Of a stretch of DNA of 18,989 nt, positions 1 to 8,581 are shown one piece after another. Under the pieces are notes generated by a model. It was not told the DNA's origin, made no database searches, and saw only the letters and a program-made list of their open reading frames with translations. The DNA comes from Gemmatimonadales bacterium (GTDB lineage Bacteria; Gemmatimonadota; Gemmatimonadetes; Gemmatimonadales; GWC2-71-9). The stretch spans positions 1 to 18,989 of the forward strand of contig JBFGJG010000066.1 of the NCBI GenBank assembly GCA_041577295.1, given 5' to 3'. The position numbers and the translations under genes were made by a program. Position 1 is the first letter of the stretch. Every line of letters begins with the position of its first letter.

Positions 1-618
1 ACGCTGTTGGTCACCGTCGAGTACATCATCCGACTGGTGTGTGTGCAAAAGGCTTGGCGCTACGCGACCAGCTTCTTCGGGATTGTGGACTTGGTGGCGA
101 TCCTCCCAACGTACTTGAGCCTGTTCCTGCCGGGCGGACAGGCCCTCCTGTCCGTTCGGGCGCTGAGGCTCCTGCGCGTGTTCCGCGTCCTCAAGCTCGC
201 GCATCACGTGAAGGAGGCGGGCGTCTTGATGCGCGCGCTCCGTGCTGCGCGATACAAATTCACCGTGTTTATCTCTGCCGTCTTGACGCTGGTGGTCATC
301 CTCGGCTCCCTGATCTATCTGGTGGAGGGATCGCCAAACGGATTCACCAGCATCCCCCGCAGCATCTACTGGGCAATCGTTACGGTCACCACCGTTGGCT
401 ACGGTGACATTGCACCGCAAACCAACGTGGGTCAGTTCCTCGCGGCGATTGCCATGCTGCTCGGATACGCCATTATCGCCGTCCCGACCGGTATCGTCAC
501 GGTCGAACTCGATCGGGCATCGCGGCTCGAGGTGTCAACCCAGGTGTGTCGCCACTGCAGCCGCGAGGGGCACGACGCGGACGCGGCCCACTGCAAGTTC
601 TGTGGCGCCAAACTGTGA
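1..618 (+). CDS. Voltage-gated-type potassium channel (ion transporter), 5' end truncated by the window, C-terminal zinc ribbon
   Basis: Frame is open from base 1. It has an S4-like [13 protein letters not shown] segment, the selectivity filter TVTTVGYGD, flanking hydrophobic helices and a C-terminal CRHC...CKFC. Confidence 0.93.
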   Translation, partial: TLLVTVEYIIRLVCVQKAWRYATSFFGIVDLVAILPTYLSLFLPGGQALLSVRALRLLRVFRVLKLAHHVKEAGVLMRALRAARYKFTVFISAVLTLVVILGSLIYLVEGSPNGFTSIPRSIYWAIVTVTTVGYGDIAPQTNVGQFLAAIAMLLGYAIIAVPTGIVTVELDRASRLEVSTQVCRHCSREGHDADAAHCKFCGAKL

Positions 619-663
619 GACGAGCAATGGGTGAAGGGACGGCAAGCGCCGCAACTCTGAGCG

Positions 664-2307
664 TCAGCGCTCCCAACCCTGCGCAAAGACGATGTCCACC
701 GGAATCGATAAGGCAGTCAGACGGTCCAGGTCGCTCTGGAGGGTCGTCGGGATGATGCCTTTCTCCGCGATCAAGGTCGCGGCGCGCTCATAGCTTCCGT
801 CGCCCTGAATGGTCAACAGGAACTCTGAAAGCTCCGCAACGACCTCACGCATCCGATCGAAATCAACTCGATATCTTCCCGTCATCTCATCGCGCGTGAA
901 CGCCTCGCGCTCCGCGAAGAAGTTGAAGCGCACCATGTTGGCCTTGCCGTGGGCGCTCGACGCGCCAAAACGGACCGATCGGAAGATGCTCGCCATGAAC
1001 GTGACATAGTTGTCACGGAGATCTCCCTCGCGGAGCTCGCGGTCGTCAAACAGGGTCGTGATCATCCAAAGTCCCAGGATATCGGCCTTCCCCTCCTCGA
1101 CAGCCGAGGCGTGCTCGCGGAGGGCCTGCCGAACGGTTCCTTGGTTCGTGATCGTGTTCTTGATACCCAGGCCGTGCGCCACCTCGTGGAACATGGTGTT
1201 GGCAAAGAAGGCATCGAACGTGATGTGCGTTCGTTGCTCATCGACGATGAGGTGATCCGCGATGGGAACCAGGATCTTATCGAACTTGGCCCGCATCGCG
1301 TTCTTCAGCTGGAGACGCCGCGTGCCTTTCTCGAGCTGCACCACCTCGTCGTTCGGGAGGTTGACTGCGATTGGCTTGGAGCCCGCGTTGGCCTGCCCCG
1401 ACACAAAGACGACATCGTACGCGTTGAGCTCGGAAGCGGTACCGGGCGTTTCACGCTTATACCGGTCCGCCACAGGAAGCTTGCGCTGGAGGCCAGGCAG
1501 CAGCGCGGCGTAACGCGCGAGCCGAGCGCTCCACGCGCGATCCTTGATGAGCACGAGACCCTCGTACGCCGCCTTATACCCGAAGAGGGCATCCTCGTAG
1601 GTCTCGATTGGGCCGATCACGATATCGATGGTGTTCGACTTCATGTCGAGCCATGCCATGTCGCTCATCCGAAACCGATCAGTGAGCAGCGCCTCCGCAC
1701 GCAGTTCGAGGTATCGGCGCAAGCCGGGATCCTCGGCAAGTGCTGACGCCTCGCGCAATCTCGCCGCTGCCGTTTCCAGCCGGTCGCCAAACGCCTCGTG
1801 ATACGGAATCGCCACGAGCCCACCCTCGGGTCCGTACCCGATGAGCGTGTACTCGCTGCGGAACGCGTTGACGAGCTCGGGATTGGCGTTGAGAAATGCC
1901 TCGAACTCGTCCTTGGTGAGGTCGTGGGGATAGAGATTGGCGCCGGCCGGCTTTGGCCCAATACCGCTGATGAACGGCGCGTCACCCGCCAACCGATCCC
2001 AGGGACCGTAGTTGATCTCCGCGTATTGGCGCAGGTCCGGATCGGACAGGCTCGCCAACAGGGAATCTCGGTTGCCGTAGGCCTGTTCCCAAAACAGCGC
2101 GTCCATCTCGCGGGCCGCATCGACGAGATGCGGGAGCATGGCACGCTCCTTCTCGCTGAGGCCACTCGAGTCCGCAGACAGGGGAACGACGGCGTACTGG
2201 GCAACGAGGGCGGCTGGATCAGTGTCGCCATCCGCGTCCGGTGAACGGCACGCAGTGACGCTCGCGGCGACTGCGACTAGGAGGACGATCGATGTGGTCC
2301 GAATCAT
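664..2307 (-). CDS. Zn-dependent peptidase, M49/dipeptidyl-peptidase III-like, predicted lipoprotein
   Basis: Motifs HEVAH, EEGKAD, GPIETYED and NLPND. ATG at 2307 gives a signal peptide with a lipobox-like VTAC (MIRTTSIVLLVAVAASVTAC). The ORF-track TTG at 2358 is probably too far upstream. Confidence 0.85.
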   Translation of the reverse strand: MIRTTSIVLLVAVAASVTACRSPDADGDTDPAALVAQYAVVPLSADSSGLSEKERAMLPHLVDAAREMDALFWEQAYGNRDSLLASLSDPDLRQYAEINYGPWDRLAGDAPFISGIGPKPAGANLYPHDLTKDEFEAFLNANPELVNAFRSEYTLIGYGPEGGLVAIPYHEAFGDRLETAAARLREASALAEDPGLRRYLELRAEALLTDRFRMSDMAWLDMKSNTIDIVIGPIETYEDALFGYKAAYEGLVLIKDRAWSARLARYAALLPGLQRKLPVADRYKRETPGTASELNAYDVVFVSGQANAGSKPIAVNLPNDEVVQLEKGTRRLQLKNAMRAKFDKILVPIADHLIVDEQRTHITFDAFFANTMFHEVAHGLGIKNTITNQGTVRQALREHASAVEEGKADILGLWMITTLFDDRELREGDLRDNYVTFMASIFRSVRFGASSAHGKANMVRFNFFAEREAFTRDEMTGRYRVDFDRMREVVAELSEFLLTIQGDGSYERAATLIAEKGIIPTTLQSDLDRLTALSIPVDIVFAQGWER

Positions 2308-2397
2308 TGCAGGTCGTGTTTGTTCGAGTGATTTGGATAGATGATTTCGGCGTGACAATGTACCGGGATGCCGCGCGGCAGAGTAGGGCAGCGGATC

Positions 2398-2426
2398 TTG
2401 CGTGCCACCTGCGGGTCCTCTAGTCT
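2398..2426 (+). promoter_or_regulatory. Putative sigma70 promoter for the riboswitch/btu operon
   Basis: TTGCGT (2398-2403), a 17 nt spacer and TAGTCT (2421-2426) lie just upstream of the aptamer. Confidence 0.55.
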
Positions 2427-2444
2427 AGAAGTCGACAATCGTAA

Positions 2445-2638
2445 GCGAGTGGGCCCTTCGGAAGTCCGGTGTGAGTCCGGCGCGGCCCCGCCACTGTCAG
2501 AGGCCCGGGAGTATCCCGGTCACGCGCGCTCATTGGCCACTGGATCGAACGATCTGGGAAGGCGAGCGACGCCGCCTCGAGCCAGGAGACCGGCCCCTTC
2601 GCTCCCGCAACAGCGTCCCTCGAGGGAGGGGTGTGGGA
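2445..2638 (+). ncRNA. Cobalamin (B12) riboswitch aptamer plus P13 kissing-loop hairpin
   Basis: Conserved blocks GGAAgtCCGGTGtgAgTCCGGcgCGGCCCCGCCACTGT, GCCACTGG...GGGAAGGC and the B12 box GAGCCAGGAGACCGGCC. P1 pairs 2445-2454 with about 2593-2602. P13 ccct-CGAGGG-aggg is complementary to L5 CCCCG. It lies directly upstream of btuFCD-like genes. Confidence 0.95.
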
Positions 2639-2670
2639 TGGTGCGTCGGGCTCACAGAGCTCACCTACCG

Positions 2671-2710
2671 CATCCCGTTCTCTCCCGCGACACCAAGGAG
2701 GGAACGGATG
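2671..2710 (+). promoter_or_regulatory. SD/start-codon sequestering hairpin (riboswitch expression platform)
   Basis: CATCCCGTTCTCTCC (2671-2685) is complementary to GGAGGGAACGGATG (2697-2710), which contains the SD and the ATG of btuF. Confidence 0.75.
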
Positions 2711-3664
2711 GTGTTTTTCTCGGCGACCTTGATGGCTGCTGTGCGGCGCCCGTGCTACTCGGCGCTCGTGGTGTGTTGCGCGTTGGGAACCGGGATCGCC
2801 GGATGCCGCGCGGCAGATCGAGGCGCCGAGACTCCGCAAGCGATTACCACGCTCGACGATACCGGGCGCGAAATCACCCTCACGGCTCCGGCACAGCGGG
2901 TGGTCTCCCTGGTTCCAAGCGGCACCGACATCCTGCTGGCGCTCGGTGCCTCCCACGTTTTGGTCGGGCGAACGGACTACGATACCGCGAGCGAACTTGC
3001 CGCCCTGCCAAGCGTCGGGGGGGGACTCGATCCGAGCCTCGAACGGCTGGTTGCACTCAACCCCGATTTTGTCATCGCGTGGGCCGAAGCGGGTCCCACC
3101 TCGTTGCGCAGCCAGCTCGAGCCACTCGGCGTGAGCGTGTTTGGGCTCCGAAGCCAGGACACCGCCGATGTATTCCGAAGCATTCAGCGGCTCGGACACG
3201 TTGTCGGACGTGACTCGGCGGCAGTGCGTCTTGCACAGAAGGTGCGCGACGCGTTGTCGAGCGTACACACCTCTGTTGCCAGCCGACCTTTCCCTTCGGT
3301 TCTCTACTTGGTTGAACACGATCCACCCATGATCGCAGGGCCTACGACCTTTGTGGGGCAGGTGATTGGCATCGCCGGGGGCACGCACGCGTTTCCGGAC
3401 GTCGCGGCGCTGTGGCCCCAGATCTCTCTCGAAGAGATCGTGCGTCGCCAACCCGACGTCATCATCCTTCCGAGCCTGACGTCGCTCGAGCCGTTCATCG
3501 ATCGGCTGCGCGAGACTCCGGGGTGGCGCGACCTGCGGGCGGTGCGGACGGGTCGCGTGATCCAGATTCCGCCGGAGTTGCTCAGCCGCCCCGGTCCGCA
3601 GCTCGCCGAGGCAGCGCGGCTTCTGCGGGACCGGTTACACCCCGACGTCGCGTCCACCCGGTGA
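2708..3664 (+). CDS. btuF: Cobalamin ABC transporter substrate-binding lipoprotein (helical-backbone BtuF family)
   Basis: DDTGREITLTAPAQRVVSLVPSGTD, VGRTDYD, SLERLVALNPDFV and SRPGP motifs; lipobox IAGC; SD GGAGG before ATG 2708; B12 riboswitch upstream. Confidence 0.9.
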   Translation: MVFFSATLMAAVRRPCYSALVVCCALGTGIAGCRAADRGAETPQAITTLDDTGREITLTAPAQRVVSLVPSGTDILLALGASHVLVGRTDYDTASELAALPSVGGGLDPSLERLVALNPDFVIAWAEAGPTSLRSQLEPLGVSVFGLRSQDTADVFRSIQRLGHVVGRDSAAVRLAQKVRDALSSVHTSVASRPFPSVLYLVEHDPPMIAGPTTFVGQVIGIAGGTHAFPDVAALWPQISLEEIVRRQPDVIILPSLTSLEPFIDRLRETPGWRDLRAVRTGRVIQIPPELLSRPGPQLAEAARLLRDRLHPDVASTR

Positions 3665-4650
3665 CCGGACGGCGCGCCACCCTGACCATGCTCGCGCTCT
3701 CCGCGTTCACGGTGGTGACACTGCTGGTGAGCGTCCGGTTCGGAGCCGTATCGCTGACTCTTGGCGAGATTGCAGCCGCTGTTCGCGGACACGGGGATCC
3801 CGCGACCGTGGCCATTGTGCGGGACCTGCGGCTGCCGCGGGCGGTGCTGGCGGCGCTCGTGGGCGCAGCATTGTCGGCGAGCGGGGCCACATTTCAGGCG
3901 CTGCTCCGCAATCCGCTGGCCGATCCGTACATCCTGGGAGTATCGGGTGGTGCGGCCGTGGGGGCCGTGTTGGCGGTGGTGTTTGGTTTGGCCACGGCTA
4001 CCATCTGGGCCATCCCGCTCGCGGCGTTCGTGGGTGCACTGCTAGCGATCGTCACGGTCTTGCGGATCGCGCTGATCGTTGGCCGCACCCTCGACACGCG
4101 AATCTTGCTGCTGGCCGGGGTCGTGGTGGGAGCATTCTTCAACGCCTGCATTCTCTTGGTGCTCACGTTTGCGGACGTCGAGTCGTTCCGTTCCGCAATC
4201 TTCTGGATGATGGGGAGCCTTGCAGGAGCGACCTGGTCGAGGACCGCTATCCTCGCACTCTATCTCGTGCCAGCGGTGATGCTGCTGATGACCCTCGCGC
4301 GTGCCCTCAACCTGTTTGCCATCGGCGAGGAAACGGCTGCCTACCTGGGAACGCATGTTGAACGGACCAAGTGGCTGGCTTTTGGCATCGCCTCACTGCT
4401 GACTGCGGCGGCGGTCTCGTTGAGTGGCGTGATCGGGTTCGTCGGACTTGTGACTCCTCATGTGGTACGAATCGTCTGGGGCAGCGACTATCGCTTCTTG
4501 ATTCCGGCGGCCACGCTGCTCGGCGCAGCACTGCTCGCACTGACCGATGCGCTCGCACGCACGGTGGCCGCGCCCACCGAGCTTCCCGTGGGTGTCGTGA
4601 CCGCATTCGTGGGGGTGCCGTTCTTCGTCTGGTTGTTGCGGCGAGGGTGA
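3661..4650 (+). CDS. btuC: Cobalamin/Fe-siderophore ABC transporter permease (FecCD/BtuC family)
   Basis: RLPR, FQALLRNPLADPYILGVSGGA, GEETAAYLG (EAA loop), IGFVGLVTPH and ELPVGVVTA motifs. The GTG start overlaps the btuF stop (GTGA); an alternative ATG is at 3688. Confidence 0.92.
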   Translation: MTGRRATLTMLALSAFTVVTLLVSVRFGAVSLTLGEIAAAVRGHGDPATVAIVRDLRLPRAVLAALVGAALSASGATFQALLRNPLADPYILGVSGGAAVGAVLAVVFGLATATIWAIPLAAFVGALLAIVTVLRIALIVGRTLDTRILLLAGVVVGAFFNACILLVLTFADVESFRSAIFWMMGSLAGATWSRTAILALYLVPAVMLLMTLARALNLFAIGEETAAYLGTHVERTKWLAFGIASLLTAAAVSLSGVIGFVGLVTPHVVRIVWGSDYRFLIPAATLLGAALLALTDALARTVAAPTELPVGVVTAFVGVPFFVWLLRRG

Positions 4651-4652
4651 CG

Positions 4653-5486
4653 ATGACGACGTGGCAGTGTCAGGACATGGCCTTCCGTTACCCAGAGGTT
4701 CCGACACTTGCCATCGACGGCGTGAGCTTGGATATCACCGGTGGTACCTGCACCGCCGTGATCGGACCGAACGGATCTGGCAAGTCCACGCTGCTCCGAC
4801 TGCTCCTCGGGGTGTACAGCCCGGCGCAGGGCAGCGTGTGGTTTCGAGGTCGACTGCTCCACACGTGGTCGCGTGCTGCCCTTGCGCGAGAGGTGGGTGT
4901 CGTTCCACAGGGTGAAGAGATCGTGTTCCCGCTCACCGTGCGGGAGTTGGTAGCGATGGGACGGTACCCGCACCTCGGTGCGTGGCGGCGAGAGGGGCCG
5001 ACGGATCGTGCCGCGATCGATGAGGCGATGGCGAGGTGCGATGTGGCCGATCTCGCCGAGCGGCCCATTGCGACGCTGTCGGGTGGCGAACGCCAACTCG
5101 CGCGTGTCGCGCGCGCTTTGGCACAGCAACCCGATGCGCTCGCGCTCGATGAGCCCACCGTCGCGCTCGATATCCAGCATGAAATGGCGATCTTTGAGTT
5201 GCTGCGGCTCATGGGACAGCGCGGTGTCACGGTGCTCCTGGTGACGCACAACCTGAACCTCGCGGCGCGCTATGCCGACCGGCTCGTCCTGTTGTCCCGA
5301 GGTCGGGTGGCTTCGCAGGGTTCACCTGGCGAGGTCCTGCGGCGCGACCTCGTCGAGTCGGTGTACGGATGGCCCGTCGAGATCCGCACGCTGACCACTC
5401 CCGACGGCGAGTCCGGTGTTCCACAGGTGATTCCCTTACGCCGCGATTCGGCTGAGCGCTTGCGCTCCTCCGACGACGGCGAATAA
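4653..5486 (+). CDS. btuD: ABC transporter ATP-binding protein (BtuD/FepC family)
   Basis: Walker A GPNGSGKST, signature LSGGE, Walker B LALDEP and H-loop VTH. Start is ATG 4653 or GTG 4647, the latter overlapping the permease stop. Confidence 0.92.
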   Translation: MTTWQCQDMAFRYPEVPTLAIDGVSLDITGGTCTAVIGPNGSGKSTLLRLLLGVYSPAQGSVWFRGRLLHTWSRAALAREVGVVPQGEEIVFPLTVRELVAMGRYPHLGAWRREGPTDRAAIDEAMARCDVADLAERPIATLSGGERQLARVARALAQQPDALALDEPTVALDIQHEMAIFELLRLMGQRGVTVLLVTHNLNLAARYADRLVLLSRGRVASQGSPGEVLRRDLVESVYGWPVEIRTLTTPDGESGVPQVIPLRRDSAERLRSSDDGE

Positions 5487-5497
5487 TTCCGACCGTC

Positions 5498-5869
5498 ATG
5501 ACGTTCAATCCGACTCGACCGGTGGTGCTGCTGCGCCTCGAAGGAGCAGCCGTTCTTGCCCTGGCAATCCTGTTCTATCGGGAATTGGGCGGTGGGTGGG
5601 GATTCTTTGTAGCGCTCTTTCTGGTCCCCGACATCTCCCTTCTCGCTTACCTCGGCGGCGCCCGGGTCGGTGCGGTAGTCTACAATGCCGTGCACACCTA
5701 TCTCGTTCCGGCTTTGCTCTACGCGTACGGCTTTGCAGCCGCCAGACCCACGCTCATGCTCGTCGCACTCATCTGGGGCGCCCACATTGGCGTCGATCGG
5801 TTGCTGGGGTTTGGCCTCAAGTTTCAAACCAGCTTCAAGCACACGCACCTGAAGAGCAGCGAGGAGTAA
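5498..5869 (+). CDS. DUF4260-family small membrane protein
   Basis: LLRLEG, PDISLLAY, YNAVH and AHIGVDRLLGFGLK...FKHTHL match my recollection of DUF4260. It is hydrophobic and lies 11 nt after btuD. Confidence 0.82.
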   Translation: MTFNPTRPVVLLRLEGAAVLALAILFYRELGGGWGFFVALFLVPDISLLAYLGGARVGAVVYNAVHTYLVPALLYAYGFAAARPTLMLVALIWGAHIGVDRLLGFGLKFQTSFKHTHLKSSEE

Positions 5870-5919
5870 GGGGCAGGGCGTGAGCCGTGTGGCCTCTCAC
5901 CCCTCACCTCAGTGCCCCT
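5869..5919. terminator. Possible hairpin between the convergent DUF4260 and M1 peptidase genes
   Basis: GGGGCA...TGCCCC outer arms and GTGAG...CTCAC inner arms. There is no U-tract, so a terminator function is uncertain. Confidence 0.25.
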
Positions 5920-7879
5920 CCCATTGATTGTTTGAGCGGTCGATGTCCGGGAACAATCCGTCGGGATCAATCGTGACCCGCACGGCGTGCCCGGGGATGG
6001 TGATTTCCGCGCGGCGGTGTCCGGCAAGCCAATGGGTGACAGGAATTTCGCGGCGGGCAGTCTCACCGGTCTCGAATTCGATCGCCAGGCGCGCGGGCAT
6101 CGGCGCGAGCCCCTTGTCCTCGATGACGATGGTCGTCTCGGCGTGTCCCGGTGAGGCCGCGGCCCGAACGGTAACCGCCGCTACGGCCTGATCGAGCGTC
6201 CAGGTCTCGTAGTACCAGGTGCGCCAGAACCAGTCGAGATCCTGACCGGTGCCGGTATTGAACGCGTTGAAGAAATCCCACGGCTTGGGGTGCTTGTAGG
6301 CCCACGCCCTGAGATAGTCTCGATACACACGCGTGAACGTGTCGTCGCCGAGCAACCCGCGCAGCGCAACCAGCAGGGTGGCCGGCTTACTATAGGACGC
6401 CACGCCGTACGCGGGACCGGGATAATGAAAATCCGACCACCGCATCAGCTCGCCTTCCCGCTCCGCACGCGCCACGGTGAGATAGTTCTGGCGATCTGGA
6501 TCGTCGTGATCCGGCCCCGAATAAAACTCCTTGCGCGCCTGATTCTCGTTGAAGGACGTCGTACCCTCATCCATCCATGCATGCCGTTTCTCATCGACAC
6601 CGACGATCATCGGCACCCACATATGGGCGAGCTCGTGAGCCGTCACGAAGTACAGCGCGCTGTCGCCACGCGAGTTGTAGTCACCGATGATGGTCATCAT
6701 CGGGAACTCCATACCGCCGCCGATGATCTCTGCCCCCTCCACTGCGCTCATGTGCGGCCACGGATAGGGAAGCCCTGTCCACCGCGAGAGAAAATCGATG
6801 CTGTGTTGCCCGTAGCGCCACGCTTCCTTCCACAGCGGGGCCGTTGTGCGATACAGTGCGTCGACCCGCGTGTAGTCGGTTCGTCCGTCGCCGTCACGGT
6901 CGCCTACCGGTGTCCGAGCGGCGTCCCATATGGATTCGCGCGTCGCCGAGAACGCCACGTCGCGCACACTATCCGCGCTGAACCGCCAGGTGAGGTACCC
7001 GGTAGACGATTCCCGTGTGGCCCGGCCTGGACCGAAATCGTCCACCGTCAACACGTGCACCACATCGTCGCTCGTCTCCGCGCGCCGTAATCGCTCGAGG
7101 ACCGGGCTCGGGAGAACCTCGGCCCGGTTTTCCAACGCTCCGGTGGCCACGACCACCCAGCCCACTGGGACCTCGACGCTCAGTCGATAATCACCGAAAC
7201 CAGTGTAGAACTCCGCTTGCCCCAGATACGGATCGAGTTGCCAACCCATCACGTCGTCGTAGACGGCCATCTGCGGGTACCAATAGGCGATGTAGAAGAG
7301 ATTGTCGCGGCTCCAGCCCATGCGCCCGGCGCCACTCTGTGGGACCGCAAAGCTCCAATCGATGGCCAGCTGGGTCGAATCACCCGGTGCCAACGGCTCG
7401 AAAAGCCAAACCACGAGGATCGTGCCATCGACCCGATAACCCGGCTGGCGATCGCGGCGCTCCGCCAGCGCCCGCCCTTGCACGGCGACCCGACGGATCT
7501 CGACACCGCCCGTAACCTCTTGGGGTTCGTTACGCACGGCACCAGTCTCGTGCAGGTTCTGCAAGAGATGCAAGAAGAGGACGGGAAGCGTGTCCGCTGA
7601 GTAGTTGTGGTACACAATGGTCGCGCGTCCATCGAGTCGCTTGGCGCTGGGATCGAGCCGTGCCGTGAGATCATAGCTCGCCCATTGCTGCCAATAGTTG
7701 GCGCCGGGTACCCCTGTGACCGAACGGGTTCCGCGCTCCAACGCTCGGCGAAATTCGCTGGGAGGCTCAACGGGGTAGGGCACGGGGCGGCGGGGGTCGG
7801 TGGTGGTGTTCTGCCCGACCGCGAGCTGGACACCGCCAGTCAGCAACACCAGCGAACTGTAGAGCAAGCGAACCACCAT
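5909..7879 (-). CDS. Secreted M1-family metalloaminopeptidase
   Basis: GGMEF exopeptidase motif, HELAH-x18-E (WMDEG) and YSKP catalytic Tyr. ATG 7879 is preceded by GGAGGT, and the N-terminus is a signal peptide (MVVRLLYSSLVLLTGGVQLAVG). Confidence 0.92.
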   Translation of the reverse strand: MVVRLLYSSLVLLTGGVQLAVGQNTTTDPRRPVPYPVEPPSEFRRALERGTRSVTGVPGANYWQQWASYDLTARLDPSAKRLDGRATIVYHNYSADTLPVLFLHLLQNLHETGAVRNEPQEVTGGVEIRRVAVQGRALAERRDRQPGYRVDGTILVVWLFEPLAPGDSTQLAIDWSFAVPQSGAGRMGWSRDNLFYIAYWYPQMAVYDDVMGWQLDPYLGQAEFYTGFGDYRLSVEVPVGWVVVATGALENRAEVLPSPVLERLRRAETSDDVVHVLTVDDFGPGRATRESSTGYLTWRFSADSVRDVAFSATRESIWDAARTPVGDRDGDGRTDYTRVDALYRTTAPLWKEAWRYGQHSIDFLSRWTGLPYPWPHMSAVEGAEIIGGGMEFPMMTIIGDYNSRGDSALYFVTAHELAHMWVPMIVGVDEKRHAWMDEGTTSFNENQARKEFYSGPDHDDPDRQNYLTVARAEREGELMRWSDFHYPGPAYGVASYSKPATLLVALRGLLGDDTFTRVYRDYLRAWAYKHPKPWDFFNAFNTGTGQDLDWFWRTWYYETWTLDQAVAAVTVRAAASPGHAETTIVIEDKGLAPMPARLAIEFETGETARREIPVTHWLAGHRRAEITIPGHAVRVTIDPDGLFPDIDRSNNQWEGH

Positions 7880-8074
7880 CGGAACCTCCGACGAGTGAGA
7901 GTGAGCCAATGACACGCATCGACGCCCTTCGTGGCATCGGGTTATGTACCCCGATAACCAGCCTTGGTCCGAATCGCAGTCTTAAAGCATCGAGGATCTA
8001 TGACGACATGATGCGGCCACGGTACATGCAAGTGGCAGAGCCGAAGGATCGCGTACGAGCGAGATCCAGTAGAC

Positions 8075-8581
8075 TCAATCCTTTCGCTTCACCAGCCACG
8101 TCCCGCGTTGCACCACCGTCTCTCGCACGTGGCGGGTGGTGTACGTTCCCTCAATCACGTTTCCGCGCAAACGTCCCTCGAAAGTCGTCGTCACCTCACA
8201 GCCGCACGACGGATCGCGATACGGATTGAGTTTTCCCACGAGCTGATTACCGCCAACCTGCACGAAGCTGATGCTCAACAGCTGGGGCCCTCGACCTGCA
8301 TCCTCGGGCGTTCGCGGATCGCGGCCTGGAATGGCAAGGTCACCGCCATCTGCTGGTACCATCAAGACGTCGCCGTATGCCGTATCCGTACGGCCCTGCA
8401 GCGTAAATACGATACTCCCGCTGCGGCGCGTCTCGGGGCTCTCGTACGTTCCCTCCCATCGGCCTATGAGGGTCTCGATGCTCACCGAGTCTCCGAGGAC
8501 GGGCACAGGTTGCGGAGTGCCGTGACACGACGCGATCACTCCCAGCCACATCAGCGGCACAACCCAGGCGGCGTGATGCAT
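8075..8581 (-). CDS. Hypothetical beta-rich lipoprotein with a CxC motif
   Basis: Lipobox IASC after a hydrophobic stretch. The start (ATG 8581 or GTG 8584) overlaps the udk stop. Alternating beta-strand patterns include GRWEGTYES and IEGTYTT...RGTWLVKR. Confidence 0.75.
   Translation of the reverse strand: MHHAAWVVPLMWLGVIASCHGTPQPVPVLGDSVSIETLIGRWEGTYESPETRRSGSIVFTLQGRTDTAYGDVLMVPADGGDLAIPGRDPRTPEDAGRGPQLLSISFVQVGGNQLVGKLNPYRDPSCGCEVTTTFEGRLRGNVIEGTYTTRHVRETVVQRGTWLVKRKD

Noticed and set aside
2471..2707. 79-aa N-terminal extension of BtuF, and ORFs 2368..3213 and 2420..3451
   Set aside because: They overlap the riboswitch and btuF. The SD and lipoprotein signal support ATG 2708.
3412..4652. 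Upstream extensions of the permease (from 3412) and ATPase (from 4371)
   Set aside because: They overlap the preceding genes out of frame. Coupled starts at 3661 and 4647/4653 fit the family lengths.
7880..8074. Possible structured RNA upstream of the M1 peptidase (short hairpins such as ATCGGG...CCCGAT) and ORF 7909..8229
   Set aside because: The stems are only 5-6 bp, I recognise no riboswitch consensus, and the ORF has no protein-like features. An Rfam or covariation search would be needed.
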